DNA of 63,088 nt, filler included, from Reclinomonas americana ATCC 50394 (lineage: Eukaryota), in NCBI GenBank assembly GCA_048213135.1. It is 6 parts of 3 records of this genome, joined end to end, with 100 filler letters (N's around TTAATTAATTAA, not from the genome) between each part and the next. Parts side by side here need not be neighbours in the genome. Positions count along the whole stretch, not along the records: positions 11,124 to 17,077 come from PS015190.1; positions 17,178 to 30,896 come from PS015190.1; 4 more parts are not named here. One strand, written 5' to 3'. The notes beneath the pieces were generated by a model, which did not search any database, had not been told where the DNA came from, and saw only the letters and a list, made by a program, of their open reading frames with translations. Below, piece by piece: positions 11,124 to 24,300 of this stretch. The position numbers and the translations under genes were made by a program. Each line of letters opens with the position of its first letter. Positions within the stretch are counted from its first letter, which is position 1.

Positions 11124-14100
11124 CTGGAGGTGAAGGGCGACCGCGATCGCATGCGTGAGCAGGTCGATCGACTCAAGTCGGAGAACGAGCGCATGCTGCA
11201 GGAGAAGCGCCTGCAGAGCGAGTTGCAGGTACGTGTGTACACGCCGCTCTCTCCCTTGCATGCACCGCCACACTCATCACCCTCGATCGCAGACTCGATC
11301 GCAGGAGAAGCTGGCGGCCATTTCACAGGCGCACTCTCTGAGCGAGGAAGAGCTGCGCAGTGCGCTGGTGACTGCCGAGCAGCAGCGTGAGATCGCACAG
11401 CAGCTGCTGAACGAGCGCAACGCACGTCTCTCCGAGGTGATGGCGGCGCTGGAGACGGAACGGAGTCGCGCAACCTCGCTTGCCGACGAGAACTCGGTGC
11501 TCAACGATCGGCTGGACCGGCTGGCGCGTCTGAGCGACGATCGCCTCACGCAGGCGCAGGCGCTGGTCGACGAGTTGACTCATTCGCGCGATCGTGCCGC
11601 GGCCGACACGTCGCGTGTGTCCACTGCTCTCGATCTGGCACGCAGCGAGTCCGAGCACTTGCGACAGGAGCTCATCAATCGCGACTCGACCATTTACCAG
11701 ATCCGTTCGGAGTTACGCAAGGCCACTGGCACGTGCGACGAGCTGGAGAACACCATTCGCAAGCGCGACCGTGACTTTGAGGAGGAGCGGCGGCAGGAGC
11801 AGCAGGTGCGGCAGGCGGCCGACGAGCGACACGCCCTGCGAGTGCGCGATCTTGAGCAGCAGCTCAAGGCATCGGCGACTGAGGTGGAGCGGCTGTCGGA
11901 GGAGAACTCACGCCTGCGACGAAGCACCGACCAGCGTACCGGCGATCTGCAAGCGGAGTTGCTGGAGAAGACGACCAGTCTGTCGCGTGTGCAGGGCGAG
12001 GCGGACGAGCTGCGCAATCAAGTCGGACAGCTGCGTGTGGATGTGTCCCGCAGCGATTCGGAGTGCGAGGCACTGCAGGCCAAGGTGTTGGCACTGACGG
12101 CACAACTGGCCGAGGCGAAGCGCAACGTGGAGGCTCTGCGCACGGAGGCGGCGGCGGCGGCGGCTTTGCGCAATGACGCATCGTCGGATTCGGAGCGGCA
12201 GCGAGTCATGCTGGAGGCGCGAGTGCGGTCGATGGAGGAGGACGCGGCGGAGGTGGCGCAGGAGCGCCGCCGGCTGTTGGACGAGCTCGAGAAGGCGCGC
12301 AAGGCGGCCTCGCTGGCACAGACCGAGCGCTCCGACATTGCCGCACAGATGGCCAAGCTGTACGGCCAGCTGCACGAGTTGACAACATCGAAGGACGAGC
12401 TGATCTCGGAGCGCACTCGCATGCTGCGCGAGCACCAGGCTGCTCTGGACGCCCTTCGCGCGCAGCGTGAAGCACTGGAGGTGCAGCTGTCCGACGCCCT
12501 GCGTCGTGCCGAGGTGAGCGTGACACGCATTGACAAACCCCTCCCGAGACGTGCGTCTCATTCTGTTTTTTTACCTTCACAGGCACTCGAAGTGGAGCTG
12601 AATCACGAGCGACGTGAGCGCGCCGACCTGGAACACCGCCTGAAGCGTGAGCGTGAGGAGTCGACGGCCACCATCTCGAACCTCCGACAGGAGCGCGAAC
12701 AGCTGGTGGTGTCGTTGGAGACGGCGGAGATCAAGATCCAGACGTTGACGCGCGAGCGCGACGAACTGCTGGCGCAGTTGCGCCGCCTGCAGGATCAGCT
12801 CGGCACCGTCACCAGTGAACGCGACCAGCTGCTGCTGCGTGTGACGGAAATCACTCAGCGTGCCACCACGCTGATGGAGTCGCTGGAGAGCATCACCATC
12901 GAGTACGAGGAGCTGGTGGAGCAGCACCGCGTGGTGACGGTGAAGCTGGAGTCGACAGTGTTCGACTCGTCGAAGCAGTACGCGACGCAGGGTACGCGCA
13001 TTGACGAGCTGACGGCGGAGGTGCGCCGGTTGACCGAGGAGCTGCGACTGACGCGACAGGCCCACGACGATACGGTGTCGCGATTGCAGAACGAACGCGA
13101 TCGGTTGGCGTCGGATGCGGCGGACGAGCGTCGTCGCTTCCAAGACGATGCGGCCGCGCTCCGCCAACAGTTGCTCGATACGGGCGCCGACCGCGACGAC
13201 CTGGCACGCCGCTTGGCCACCGTGCAGGAGGCTGCCGATGAGGCCAACCGTCGCAACGCCGCCAAGATCGAGCAGCTCAACAATTCGCTGCAGCACACTG
13301 GCGAGCGCTTGTCTTCCACCGAGCAGTCACTGGCGCAGTACACGGCGGAGCGCGACGATCTGCGGCGCCTGCTGGAGGAGACGCGCCACGCTCTCGACCG
13401 CTCCACTGCCGAATGCGGCGACTTGCAGGTGCGCCTGGCTGACAAGGACGTGGAGGCCGACCGGATGCGCGTGCAAATCGACCAGGCGAACCAGCGTGCC
13501 GATCAGATGACGACTGAGCGGGCGCACCTCGAGGACGAGTTGCGTGCCGACCGGCAGCGTGCGGCCACGCAGCTGGCCGCTCTGCAAAATCAGTACGACA
13601 CGGCGGCGAGCGACCGTGATCGCGCCGTTGAGGAGGGCCGTGAAGCGCGCCGCGTGCATGAGGAAGCGGTGCACAAGCTGGAGCAGTCGGCGGACGACTT
13701 GCGCGCGGAGCGCGATCGCCTGGCTCGTGAGCTGGAGCGTGCGAAGCAGCAGCTGGCAGCCACTGCCGCCCAGCGCGACGAGCTCAACACCCGACTCGGC
13801 GAGCAAGCCGAGGCACTCAACGTCGCCAATGCGCAGTTGGCAGGTTTGTCTTGTTTGTTGTTTTCTTCACACACGCACGCACACACAATGCTGCCAGTCC
13901 CGGCTCACTCGCTTTCTGCTCTGTTGTACTCAGATGTCCTTCGCGAGCTGCGTGAAACGTCGACCAAGCGCGACGAGCTGCAAACCCTGGCCAACAAGCA
14001 AGAAGGGCAGATTGACTCGATGCGCCGGCAGCACAAGGAGGAGTTGGCGATTCTCGGCCGCGAGCGTGACCGCTTGAAGGAGGAACTCGCGGCCGCACAG

Positions 14101-17077
14101 GAGGCCGCGACGCAGGCGGCAGCTGAGCGCGACCGGCTGCGTGGCGAGTTGCACCGTGCACGCTCGGAGATTGAGGCGCACCGTGCCACCATTCTGGATC
14201 TCACGGGCGAGCGCAACCGCTTGCTCGATGAGATTGAGCGACTGAAGCGCGAGTACGTACTGGAGATCGATCGTGTGCTGCTGGAGGTGCAGCAGCTGCA
14301 GCAGATGTTGGCCGACCGCACCNNNNNNNNNNNNNNNNNNNNNNNNNNNNNNNNNNNNNNNNNNNNNNNNNNNNNNNNNNNNNNNNNNNNNNNNNNNNNN
14401 NNNNNNNNNNNNNNNNNNNNNNNNNNNNNNNNNNNNNNNNNNNCTTGACGCACGTGCTGCTCAATCATCTTCTGGCGCTCCTCGACAAACTCCTTCTGCT
14501 GACGGATGAGATCGGCGCGCACGCCCTCCAACTCCGCCTGCAGCTGCGCAATGCGAGCCAGCAAATCGTCGCGCTCGTGCTCCAGGTCTGCCACACGCCG
14601 CGCGTGGTCGCGCAACGCGGCCTCGTGCTCGGCGCGCAACTTGTCCAGCTCTTGCTGCAAGCGATCGCGGTCACTGGTCATGGCCTGCAGAGCCTGGCGA
14701 GTACGCTCCAACTCGGCCTGCAAGTCGGCCAGGGCGCGGTTGCTGCCAATAGCAGTCAGTTTCCCCATCAAAATGTATAGAATGAACACAACCAAACTCA
14801 CCGGTCCTCCAGCTCTGCACGCGTGGTCTTGAGCTGCTCGCGCGTCTGGTTCAGCTGCTGCTCCAGGTCGGCCTTGATGCGACGCAGGTCCTCAATCTCC
14901 TTTTCGCGCTCCGCCAGCAACTTGCGCAGACGCTCAATCTCGGCATCGCGCTCTGCCACCGCCGCCGCACGCTCCTCCTTCTCGCGCTGCAGACTGGTGC
15001 GCAAGCGATCACGCTCTCCGCTCAGCTGCTCCACCGTCGTCTGGTGCGTCCGCACCAACTGCTGCCGCTCGGTAATCATCGTGTCGCGCACAGTCTCCAG
15101 CTCGCGAACCTCGGCACGCAGCCGTTCGGCCGTCGTCTGCAAGTCGGCCAGTCGGCGTGCCAGGTCGTCGCGCTCAGTCGTCATGCGCGCAAGAGCCTCC
15201 CGTGTGGACTCCAGCTCACGCTCCGTGCGCTGCAACGCCAACTTGCCCTGCTCAATGGCCTGGCGATGCACCAGACGGGCCATCTCACCCTCGGCCAGCA
15301 ATCGCTCAATCTCGGCNNNNNNNNNNNNNNNNNNNNNNNNNNNNNNNNNNNNNNNNNNNNNNNNNNNNNNNNNNNNNNNNNNNNNNNNNNNNNNNNNNNN
15401 NNNNNNNNNNNNNNNNNNNNNNNNNNNNNNNNNNNNNNNNNNNNNNNNNNNNNNNNNNNNNNNNNNNNNNNNNNNNNNNNNNNNNNNNNTTGAGCAGCTG
15501 GAAAAGGTCATCGACGAGCTGCGCAAGCAGCTGCAGACGGCACTTGCAGAGCGCGACGATGCCAGGCTGCAGCTGATGGTGGCTCTGGAGCAGCTGCGAC
15601 ACTTGAGTCAGGTGAAGGGCCGCGTGCAGGACCAGCGCGATGCGGTGGAAGCGGAACTGGACGACACAGTCAAGGAGCGCAACCAGAAGAATGCCGAGGC
15701 CAATGCGGCCATTGCACAGCTGGACTCGTGCAACAAGTTCCGCGGACGCACCATTCAGCAACTGGAGGATGACCGTGACAACCTGCAGCGTCGTGTGGAC
15801 TTGCTGGTACGTACAAATAAGTCATCATATGACGGAAGTGGTGATGAGCTGATCGTTTGTTTGTGGCAGACTCCGCGTACGTTGATGGTGGAAATGTGGA
15901 GCAACCGACAGATCCCGGTGACGGTGAATGGTCTCACGCCGGTGCGCAAGATTCGTGAGCAGACGGCCAAGGCCGCCGGCCTGCCCAAGTCGACTGCGCG
16001 GTACATGTCGATCGCCGATGCTGGCCGCGTGCTGCCGATGGATCCGGCCCTGACAGTGGCTGACGCCGGCATTCTGCACACGCCAGTGGTGCAAGCGGTA
16101 CGTGATCACCACCGAGAGTTGGTAATGGACCCATGTGTGGGTGTGTTCACTGACTTGATATTTGCAGTCGCTCGACTCGTACGCCGTGGATGTGAGTTCG
16201 CCAAGCGGTATCAAGACTCGCCTCACCGACGTGACTCGTTGCGTGCGCTCTGCTTGTTTCGCGTCACACATACTATTCTGCTTACGGGTTCATGACATGC
16301 AGCTTCGGATCCGATCCGACGGCTCAAGCACGCCGTGTTGGCGCTGGAGACGGTGTCGGTGGACTATGTGGATCACGTGCAGCTCCTGGGTCGCAATCTG
16401 GCACCCATCGATGGGCCGGACGACGAGACATGCGGCGCTGCTGGCATCGAGCACAACTCGGTGGTCGGAGCGGTGCGTTGTCATTGTTTTGATCTTTTCT
16501 ATTCGTGATATGTTACTGATATTCACACGCGAAACAGCGCTGGAAGGAGATGCCGTTGAATCTGCGCACGTGGACCGGCCGCCAGGAGACGCTCTCTGTG
16601 AAGCGTTGCGTTGATTGTCTGGGTTGTGTGTTTTGGCACCTGTATGTGTGTTTTCCCAACAAATGTTTCTCCGCTCTTCGCGCAGCGGTGACGCAACTGG
16701 AGGCGCTGGAGAACCACGTGGTGCAGTGCGAGAGCCTGCCGAAGACGTCGGTTCCGTACATTTTCTTCCGCCACGGCACGCGCGACATTCCAAAGGAGCC
16801 GTCGATGCGTCTCGCCGATCTGGGTCTCAAGGGCGGCGAGATCCTCACTGCCGTTTCGTGCACCGAGTGCGGAAGTGCCTTGTTGCTGTGTTGTCGCTGA
16901 CACGCACGCACATCTGTGTGTACACGCAGACTCTGACGACGCTGTCGGTGGACGTGGTGACACCGTCGGCCACCACGCTGCGCATCACCAGTCTGCGTCG
17001 TGAGTACAATGCCTTGTTGTGCGAGTGCACAATGTTGTCACTCACTCATGCTGGCGACTGCAGCGACGCACACGATT
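11124..17077 (+). CDS. Very long coiled-coil protein with C-terminal tandem ubiquitin-like domains; partial at both ends; segment 14444-15316 is flipped
   Basis: More than 1000 aa of E/R/Q/L/A heptad sequence, followed from about 15870 by repeats such as YAVDVSSPSGIKTRLTDVTPSDPIRRLKHAV and LNLRTWTGRQETLSVKPVTQLEALENHV...LADLGLKGGEILTA. Confidence 0.8.
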
Positions 17078-17121
17078 NNNNNNNNNNNNNNNNNNNNNNN
17101 NNNNNNNNNNNNNNNNNNNNN

Positions 17122-17133
17122 TTAATTAATTAA
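17122..17133. other. Artificial scaffold-concatenation linker
   Basis: TTAATTAATTAA within N runs. Confidence 0.97.
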
Positions 17134-17177
17134 NNNNNNNNNNNNNNNNNNNNNNNNNNNNNNNNNNNNNNNNNNNN

Positions 17178-17617
17178 TGGGACCACAGCACGTTGACACA
17201 CTGTCGACCATGCACCGCGTTGTTGCGTGCCTCGCCAAGCAGGGCCTGGTGAACGACGCTCGCAGCCTGTGCAAGAAGTGCCTGAAGTACCGGCAGGAGC
17301 ATCCGGACTTGGGCATGCACCACATCGACACTCTGGTCAGCGAGTACACCCTGCTGGTGCTGTGTGCCGACCCCGACGCCTCGCTGGAGAAGTTGACAGA
17401 GTCCTATCGGCAGCTGACGACCCTGCTGGTGCGGCAGCACGAGGCCAAGGTCGACCCGGAACTAATCGAGAACACGAGCGGCGCCCTGGAGCAGCTGCAG
17501 GCACACATTCAGCAAAAGAGAACTGCAAAGACCACGGAGGAGCAAATGGATTGTGAGGAGCGGCGAAAGGTATTGCGGCAGCGTGCTGCCGCGGCAAAGA
17601 GCCGGCGACAGCGCTAA
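17178..17617 (+). CDS. 3' end of an uncharacterised helical protein
   Basis: Open frame from the scaffold edge to TAA at 17617 with host-like codon usage; convergent with the Myb gene. No family recognised. Confidence 0.5.
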
Positions 17618-17696
17618 AGCAGAGAGCCATGTGTATAATGTAAACAAGAGTTAATTGTAGTTGTTCATTTTCTCCGCACACGCACACAGCCCAACA

Positions 17697-19698
17697 CTAT
17701 GTTGTTCTGACGGCGTCAGTCGATGATTCTGCTGCTGCTGCTGGTGGTGGTGGTGATGCTGTGACATTGCTAAACGCACCAGACGCACCGCGCGCCATGG
17801 TGCTCAGCATCGAGGCCGTCGACAGTGGGGCGGCTGTCGGCGCAAACATCGAGGTCGCAAAGGTCGGCTGCGCAGTCGGAGCAAACATGCCCGTCAGCTG
17901 CGCTTGCTGTTGCATAAGCAGCGCGCCGGTGGATGGTGAAGCAAACGACAGCATGGGTTGCACCGACAACATCGAGGTGGGAAGGGTGGTCATCGCAGTT
18001 GGTGTGGTCGCAGGTTGAGGTACTGCAGAGCACGCACAGCAGAGCGATGAGAAAAAAGAAGGAAGCGTGCGAAGCAACATGGTCACCAACCGTAGTAGGC
18101 GGTGGGTGGTGCGGCGGGAAGGAAGAACGGATTGCTGACTTGCGCCTCCAAGGCGAATCGTCGAGCCATCTCCGCTCGCAGCATGGCTATTTGCTGCTGT
18201 TGGATTTGTTGCTGGGCGTGGAAGTGCGAGAGAATCAACGAGTCGAGGGCGGCGGCGGCACTGTGCGGCGTCGTAGGTTGTTGACCATACGACAGCGGCG
18301 TAGTCATGGCGGTTGCGTCGTGGAGCATCGATGGCGGCAGTGGTGGCGGTGGTGAGCATCGAGAACACGCCGGCGACAGCTTGGTCGTGGCCGGTGGCGT
18401 GGTGGTGACACCGCTGCCACTGGTCGGGGCCACTGGATCGGCGCTAATGGCCTCCAGCAGCGCAGCAAAGGCGCTACTTGAGGTCGGCGAGCTTGAGCCG
18501 GCCGTGGCGCCCTGAGCAGCCGCAGCCGCAGCCGCAGCCGAAGCAGCAGCAGCAGCAGCAGCAGCAGCCGTTGGCGACCGTGGTGGCTTTGGCAATGCTG
18601 CTGCGGAGGCCAGCGACGACGAGGAGCACACAGTGACTGGCGATGCAGATGGTGAGGAGGATAGCAAGGGCCCGTCGTCTAGCTTGTGCTTCAATCTGCG
18701 TCGCCAGCCGCACCCGGGCGTGTGAGATGCTGCAGATCAATACAGCAGAAAATAAACAGACAAAAAGCTCACCGGTAGTATTGTGTGCGGCAGTGCAAGT
18801 CGGTGCGACCGGGAAACGCATTCGACACGCGCTTCCAGTTCTTCTCGCCCACACGCTCCACCACCACCATCAACTGCTGCAACTCCTCTGCACAAACGAA
18901 AGACAGACAAATGAGACGGTGCAATTGGACGAACAAGATGCGCGCAAAGACACGCACCTTGTGACCACGGATCACGATTGATGCCGGGCTGTACGTATTC
19001 AACAACACACACGCGCGTACATAAGAGACATGAAAGAGACAGAAAGACACACCAATACAACTGCTTACCCGCAACACACGGTTCCATCGTTGACAGCACT
19101 GTGCGGCGGTGCGCGAGCCCACATACGCCGCAATTTCACGCCACGACGGCAGTCGCAGTGCCTGCTTGGCCTCACGCAGTCGCTCATCTTCCTCCTGATG
19201 AGACAAACAAAAAAAGAAAGAGAGAGTCGCACATGAGCGGGTTGCCGCGCAATAGAGTTTTTCAAACTTCGCTTGTCCACTTCTGCACTGCTGTTATCGT
19301 CGACACACTCAGACACACATAGAGAGAGAGAGAGAGAGATGGAGTGTATGGTGATGCGAGGGGAGAGGGAGAGAAAGAGAGATGGGGAGAGACTGTGCTT
19401 TCGTGGTCGCAAACAACACAACGGCACTCGCACAATCTTCTCCACTGGTGCACGGGAGTTGTGGTGCGCCTGCGTGACTCGCTCGCCCACAGACTCTGTG
19501 CGTGCGTGTGTGCTCTGTCGCGCTGCGCGCGGAAAAGACGCGTGCGTGGAGGCACACGAGGGTGTCGATGTCTCATCTCTCTCACACACACTCTGTCTGG
19601 TGTCGACAACTGACCTCATGCCAGAAGCCTCTGGAGCCATTCAGCTGCTGCTGCTCCGCCAGCAGGTGCTGCTGATCCTCACTGTTGTCGGTCTCCAT
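17697..19698 (-). CDS. Two-repeat Myb-domain transcription factor with low-complexity Ala/Ser/Gln tail
   Basis: Spliced: RGFWHE|EEDERLREA...WREIAAYVGSRTAAQCCQRWNRVLR|PGINRDPWSQ|EELQQLMVVVERVGEKNWKRVSNAFPGRTDLHCRTQYYR. ATG at 19698; long first intron of about 420 nt. Confidence 0.9.
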
Positions 19699-20303
19699 AT
19701 TCTCGAGGTTTGCCAGGGGTGGAAGCGGTCGCGCACAGGAGACACTCGAAAAAGTTTTGGTGTGTGTCTTGTTAGACAACCCAAATCGGGCGCGCTTGTG
19801 TCTCGTGCGCGCTCCGCGGTGTCACACACTCGCTTTTCCCCGTGTGAATGGTGGAGAGTGTTGAAGTGTGGGGTGTTGCTGTGCATGGTGGTGTGTGGCG
19901 TGTGAGTGGTGGTGGTGGGGGGGGAGAGATGATGGGCCACAGAGTTTTCGAATATCGACGAGAAGTTTCTGGGCGTCCGAGCGTTTTCGGAGCTCCCTTT
20001 TCTCCCCCTCCTGATTGAGCGCGGGGTGGTGGAGGAGAGGATGATGTGTGTCGTGGGCGTGGCGCGGCCGTTGAGACTGGATGAAAAGAGGGTGGGTGGG
20101 TGGCGGAGCGTGACCGATATCGCACCCGGGGTTTTCGCAACTACAGTGATATTGGGTCCGTCCGTGTGCATGCAGCACATGCACGCCAACTTTGTCTGTC
20201 ACCAACGAAGCAACAATGTGCTGGAAGACCAAAATCAAGGCGAAAAACACGGATCCGGATTCGGATCGCGACAAGAAGTTTTCGAATTCGAATTCTCGCG
20301 ACG

Positions 20304-21075
20304 TCGACTGACCAACAACAACAATACAACAACAACAACAAGCAACAGCTGTCTTGATGACCAAGTTCAACCATATCCAAAACATCAACACAGACACCAA
20401 TCTTGAGGCAGCAGCAGGTTCCTTGTGTGTGTGTGTGTGTGTTCGCTCTCGGAGCTCCGAACAAGTCGAGAACTGCGATCTTGATTACACCATCTTGCAA
20501 TAGGCAACGCACGTGGAGAGAGGAGGAATTATGTTTGTCAATGCTGATTCGCTGTATCTGTGGCGCACGCAGTGCCGAGGACCGCGAAATTCTGTATGAT
20601 CGACCATCAACTTGCAAGCTGGTGCACACTCAAGATGGTGATCATCATGCAGCTGTGTTGCTGTTTGGATTAGTAAAATTGTTGTCGTAAACGAGAACCC
20701 CATCCATCCTCACGCATACGTTGCTGCTCAAGTTTCATGAAGCACGTAAGTTGAATTCGGAATACAGCAAGCTTGCAATTGCATCGCCTGGACCTGGTTT
20801 GTTTGCACTGTCTGGTTTGGCCTTTTCAGAAAACTGAATGAGGTGTGTGTGGACGCAGAAAACCGCTACGCGTCAATGCAAGTGCCTCAAATGCGCTGTT
20901 CTGCCACTCGGTATTACACGTGCAGATCGATGCAGTTCTCGACTTGTTCGAAGCCCCGAGAGCGAAAACACCAACAAGAAAATCTGCCACAACCCTCAAA
21001 AACTGGTGAATTGTTGATGGTTGGGCTTGGCCATCAGGACAGCTGCTGTTGCTAATTTGTTGTTGTTGCCGTCGA
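20304..21075. repeat. Diverged inverted repeat pair (arms about 20304-20476 and 20932-21075); possible MITE or decayed element
   Basis: 20442-20476 matches the reverse complement of 20932-20966 at 33/35 positions; 20346-20374 matches the reverse complement of 21017-21045 at 25/29; both outer ends carry TCGAC followed by a (CAA)n tract. Confidence 0.8.
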
Positions 21076-21389
21076 GGTTCTGATTTCCGGTATTGCCCCA
21101 GTTGTGGGGTGGTTTCTCCAAGTTGGCGACCCTGCTCGTCCGAGTCACGCTCAGCAAAACATTCGATTACGTTCATTTTCCATCTCTCCCCCCCGGCCCC
21201 TCCACACACACTCTATACTCCGCAGCACTTGAGTTTGCATGCGGCGGCTCACACTTGCGCGTGCAACGCAGCGGTGCGACACAACAAAAAAAGAAAAAGA
21301 AAGCGGATGCCACCGCTACGCTTTCGACAACACAACAAAGCAAAACAAACAGAAAAATAAAATACGGAAATAGGAATGCGAGGCAGCTC

Positions 21390-24300
21390 TCAGGGCCTCG
21401 TCTCGACGCGCATGCGCTGCAGCCACAGTGCATCCATTATGTCCACCGCAAGTTGGTCCCACGGCTCTCGTACGGCATACTCGCCGGCAAGCATCCCCTG
21501 CTGCTGCGATTGCTGCATCGCAAACAGTCGCTGGTGTTCGAGGAATGTCGCCGGCGGCAGCACAGGCGGTGGAGCCGTCTGGTGAGGCCAGAAGAAGTCG
21601 CTCCCTAATAGGGGCGACAGCCGGCCCAGAGCCGCCAGCGGGACACTGCCGCCGCCAAAGAAGCCTGTGTGACCCGACAGTGGAGGGTCGCCAGCGGCAG
21701 GAAAGCCCTCCACCATGCCCAGCACATCACCGCCGCCGACAATGCCGTCAGTGGCGGCGGCACTGTCCACGGAACCAATGGAAAACGAGCGAGGCATCGC
21801 GGTGAACTTGGCGGCGCGAGAGCGTGGCGTTGTCATCGTGGCATCACCTCCACCCGCCAGATGCAAGGCATGCACGGCGGAGTGTTGTGGCGACTGAGCC
21901 GACATCAACGGCAGTGTTGCGGCTCTTGCCGCTGCTGTGGTGGTCGTTGTGGTCGTCGTAGTCGTTGTGGTGCTGGAGGAGGGGAAGCGACGCGAACTCA
22001 CCACGTCGAACGACGACGACGATGATGGTGGTGGTGGTGGTGACTTGATAATATCTCCGCCGGCAGAATGCATTTGTAGCGACGCTGCGCGCAACAACGG
22101 TGATGCCGCGTCCGGAACCGCAGGCATGATGCCGCTGTCCGAGTCCATCTGCGAGTCGGAATCGTGATCGTACCCCGTGCCCACGGTGTACGTCCTTTGT
22201 TCTTTTCGTCGCCGATTCTCAAACCATCTGCAGGGGTGCGAGAAAAAGGTCACCAGTGAGCGACTATCGATGAACACAACGGGGGTTCAATTGCAAGAGT
22301 GCGGTGCACGCAACACGGTGATGCTGCTGACGGAGCGACCGAGTTGTGCGGCCAGCACCTCCTTCTGGTTCCGATCACTGTGTCGCACACGCACACCAAT
22401 GACAATGAGTGAAGATGGCAACAAAACAGGAACACAATCTCCGAAAAACGAGAGAGATGCGAGTGAAGTCAGGAGGGGAAAGGTAGAGAAAGTGAGTGCG
22501 GATGATGGTGGATGTCAGAGTGCGAGCGAGAGATCGTAGTTCTCCCTGAACACGAGTCGCCAAAAAACGAAATCAATGCATGTGACAAGGAACATAGCCG
22601 CGCGCGCAACGAATGCTTGGCATGCGCATTCAGCGACTGCACACGCTCATACATACAACACGATACAACTGGGAGGAGAAACAGCTTCATCGCGTGCGTG
22701 CGTGGGAGGAGCGAGGGAGCGAGGGAGAGAGAGAGGGAAAGGGAAAGTGTGCACTCGCCAGAGGACCAATCATCGCGTAGCCAAAGAAGGGAAAAGAGCA
22801 CTCGGGACACTCAGAGAGAAGAGAGAGCGTGAGGGCGGCGAAACACGGGGGCACAGTGCATGGGAGGGGGCAAGGCCGCCATGGCACACAGCCGCCATGT
22901 GCCACAGCGGGGGAAGGGAGGAGAGGCAAGAGCGGGGAGGCATGTCGAAGGCGCTCTGCTGCAGCCTTTTTTCGCATGCTACGAGGGAAGAGGGCTAAAG
23001 AAGAGGAGCAAGGAGAAGCGAGGGGAAATGGAGGAAGAGGCACAGGGGAGACATATCGAGAGGAGAGGAGGAGTGGGGGACACTTGAAGGGGGAAGAAAC
23101 CGCAGCGAAATGGATTGCGCCATGATGACGCAAACAGTGCAGATACGCACATGACGCCACGCACTATCACGCTCGACAACAAGACACATGAGAAGACACA
23201 CACGCGCACACAGACTCGGACCGGTACCGATGTAAAGAATGCCAACATGGCATGATTCCCCACAAGAATCTTTTCGTGCCTTTGACGCAACCGGCGAGAG
23301 GGAAAGAATATCGCGCGCGGGGGTCGTTCCCACGCACTCCTCCTGCGTGCACACTGCCTCTGGTGCTCGTGCGCGTGGACACACACACATCCACACGTGC
23401 AGAGAGTGTGAGAGAGACCACGATCGGTGCAGAGGTGTGTGCGTCGTGTCGTCGTGGTGCCATGCCCGAAGGAAAAAAAGAACAAGGGCACAACAAGAGG
23501 AGGGCGACAGGAGCAGAGAGAGAGAGTCGTGCACGTGCGTGCGTGTGTATGTAAGAAAGCGACAGTGAGAGAGTGATGGCTGCCGCACGGNNNNNNNNNN
23601 NNNNNNNNNNNNNNNNNNNNNNNNNNNNNNNNNNNNNNNNNNNNNNNNNNNNNNNNNNNNNNNNNNNNNNNNNNNNNNNNNNNNNNNNNNNNNNNNNNNN
23701 NNNNNNNNNNNNNNNNNNNNNNNNNNNNNNNNNNNNNNNNNNNNNNNNNNNNNNNNNNNNNNNNNNNNNNNNNNNNNNNNNNNNNNNNNNNNNNNNNNNN
23801 NNNNNNNNNNNNNNNNNNNNNNNNNNNNNNNNNNNNNNNNNNNNNNNNNNNNNNNNNNNNNNNNNNNNNNNNNNNNNNNNNNNNNNNNNNNNNNNNNNNN
23901 NNNNNNNNNNNNNNNNNNNNNNNNNNNNNNNNNNNNNNNNNNNNNNNNNNNNNNNNNNNNNNNNNNNNNNNNNNNNNNNNNNNNNNNNNNNNNNNNNNNN
24001 NNNNNNNNNNNNNNNNNNNNNNNNNNNNNNNNNNNNNNNNNNNNNNNNNNNNNNNNNNNNNNNNNNNNNNNNNNNNNNNNNNNNNNNNNNNNNNNNNNNN
24101 NNNNNNNNNNNNNNNNNNNNNNNNNNNNNNNNNNNNNNNNNNNNNNNNNNNNNNNNNNNNNNNNNNNNNNNNNNNNNNNNNNNNNNNNNNNNNNNNNNNN
24201 NNNNNNNNNNNNNNNNNNNNNNNNNNNNNNNNNNNNNNNNNNNNNNNNNNNNNNNNNNNNNNNNAGTCAACGTGGCCGCGAAGTGGTGCATCAACGCAAC

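Noticed and set aside
11277-14181. Many long antisense and alternate-frame ORFs over the coiled-coil gene
   Set aside because: Expected shadows of GC-rich, codon-biased coding sequence; their translations are Arg/Ser-rich and have no motifs.
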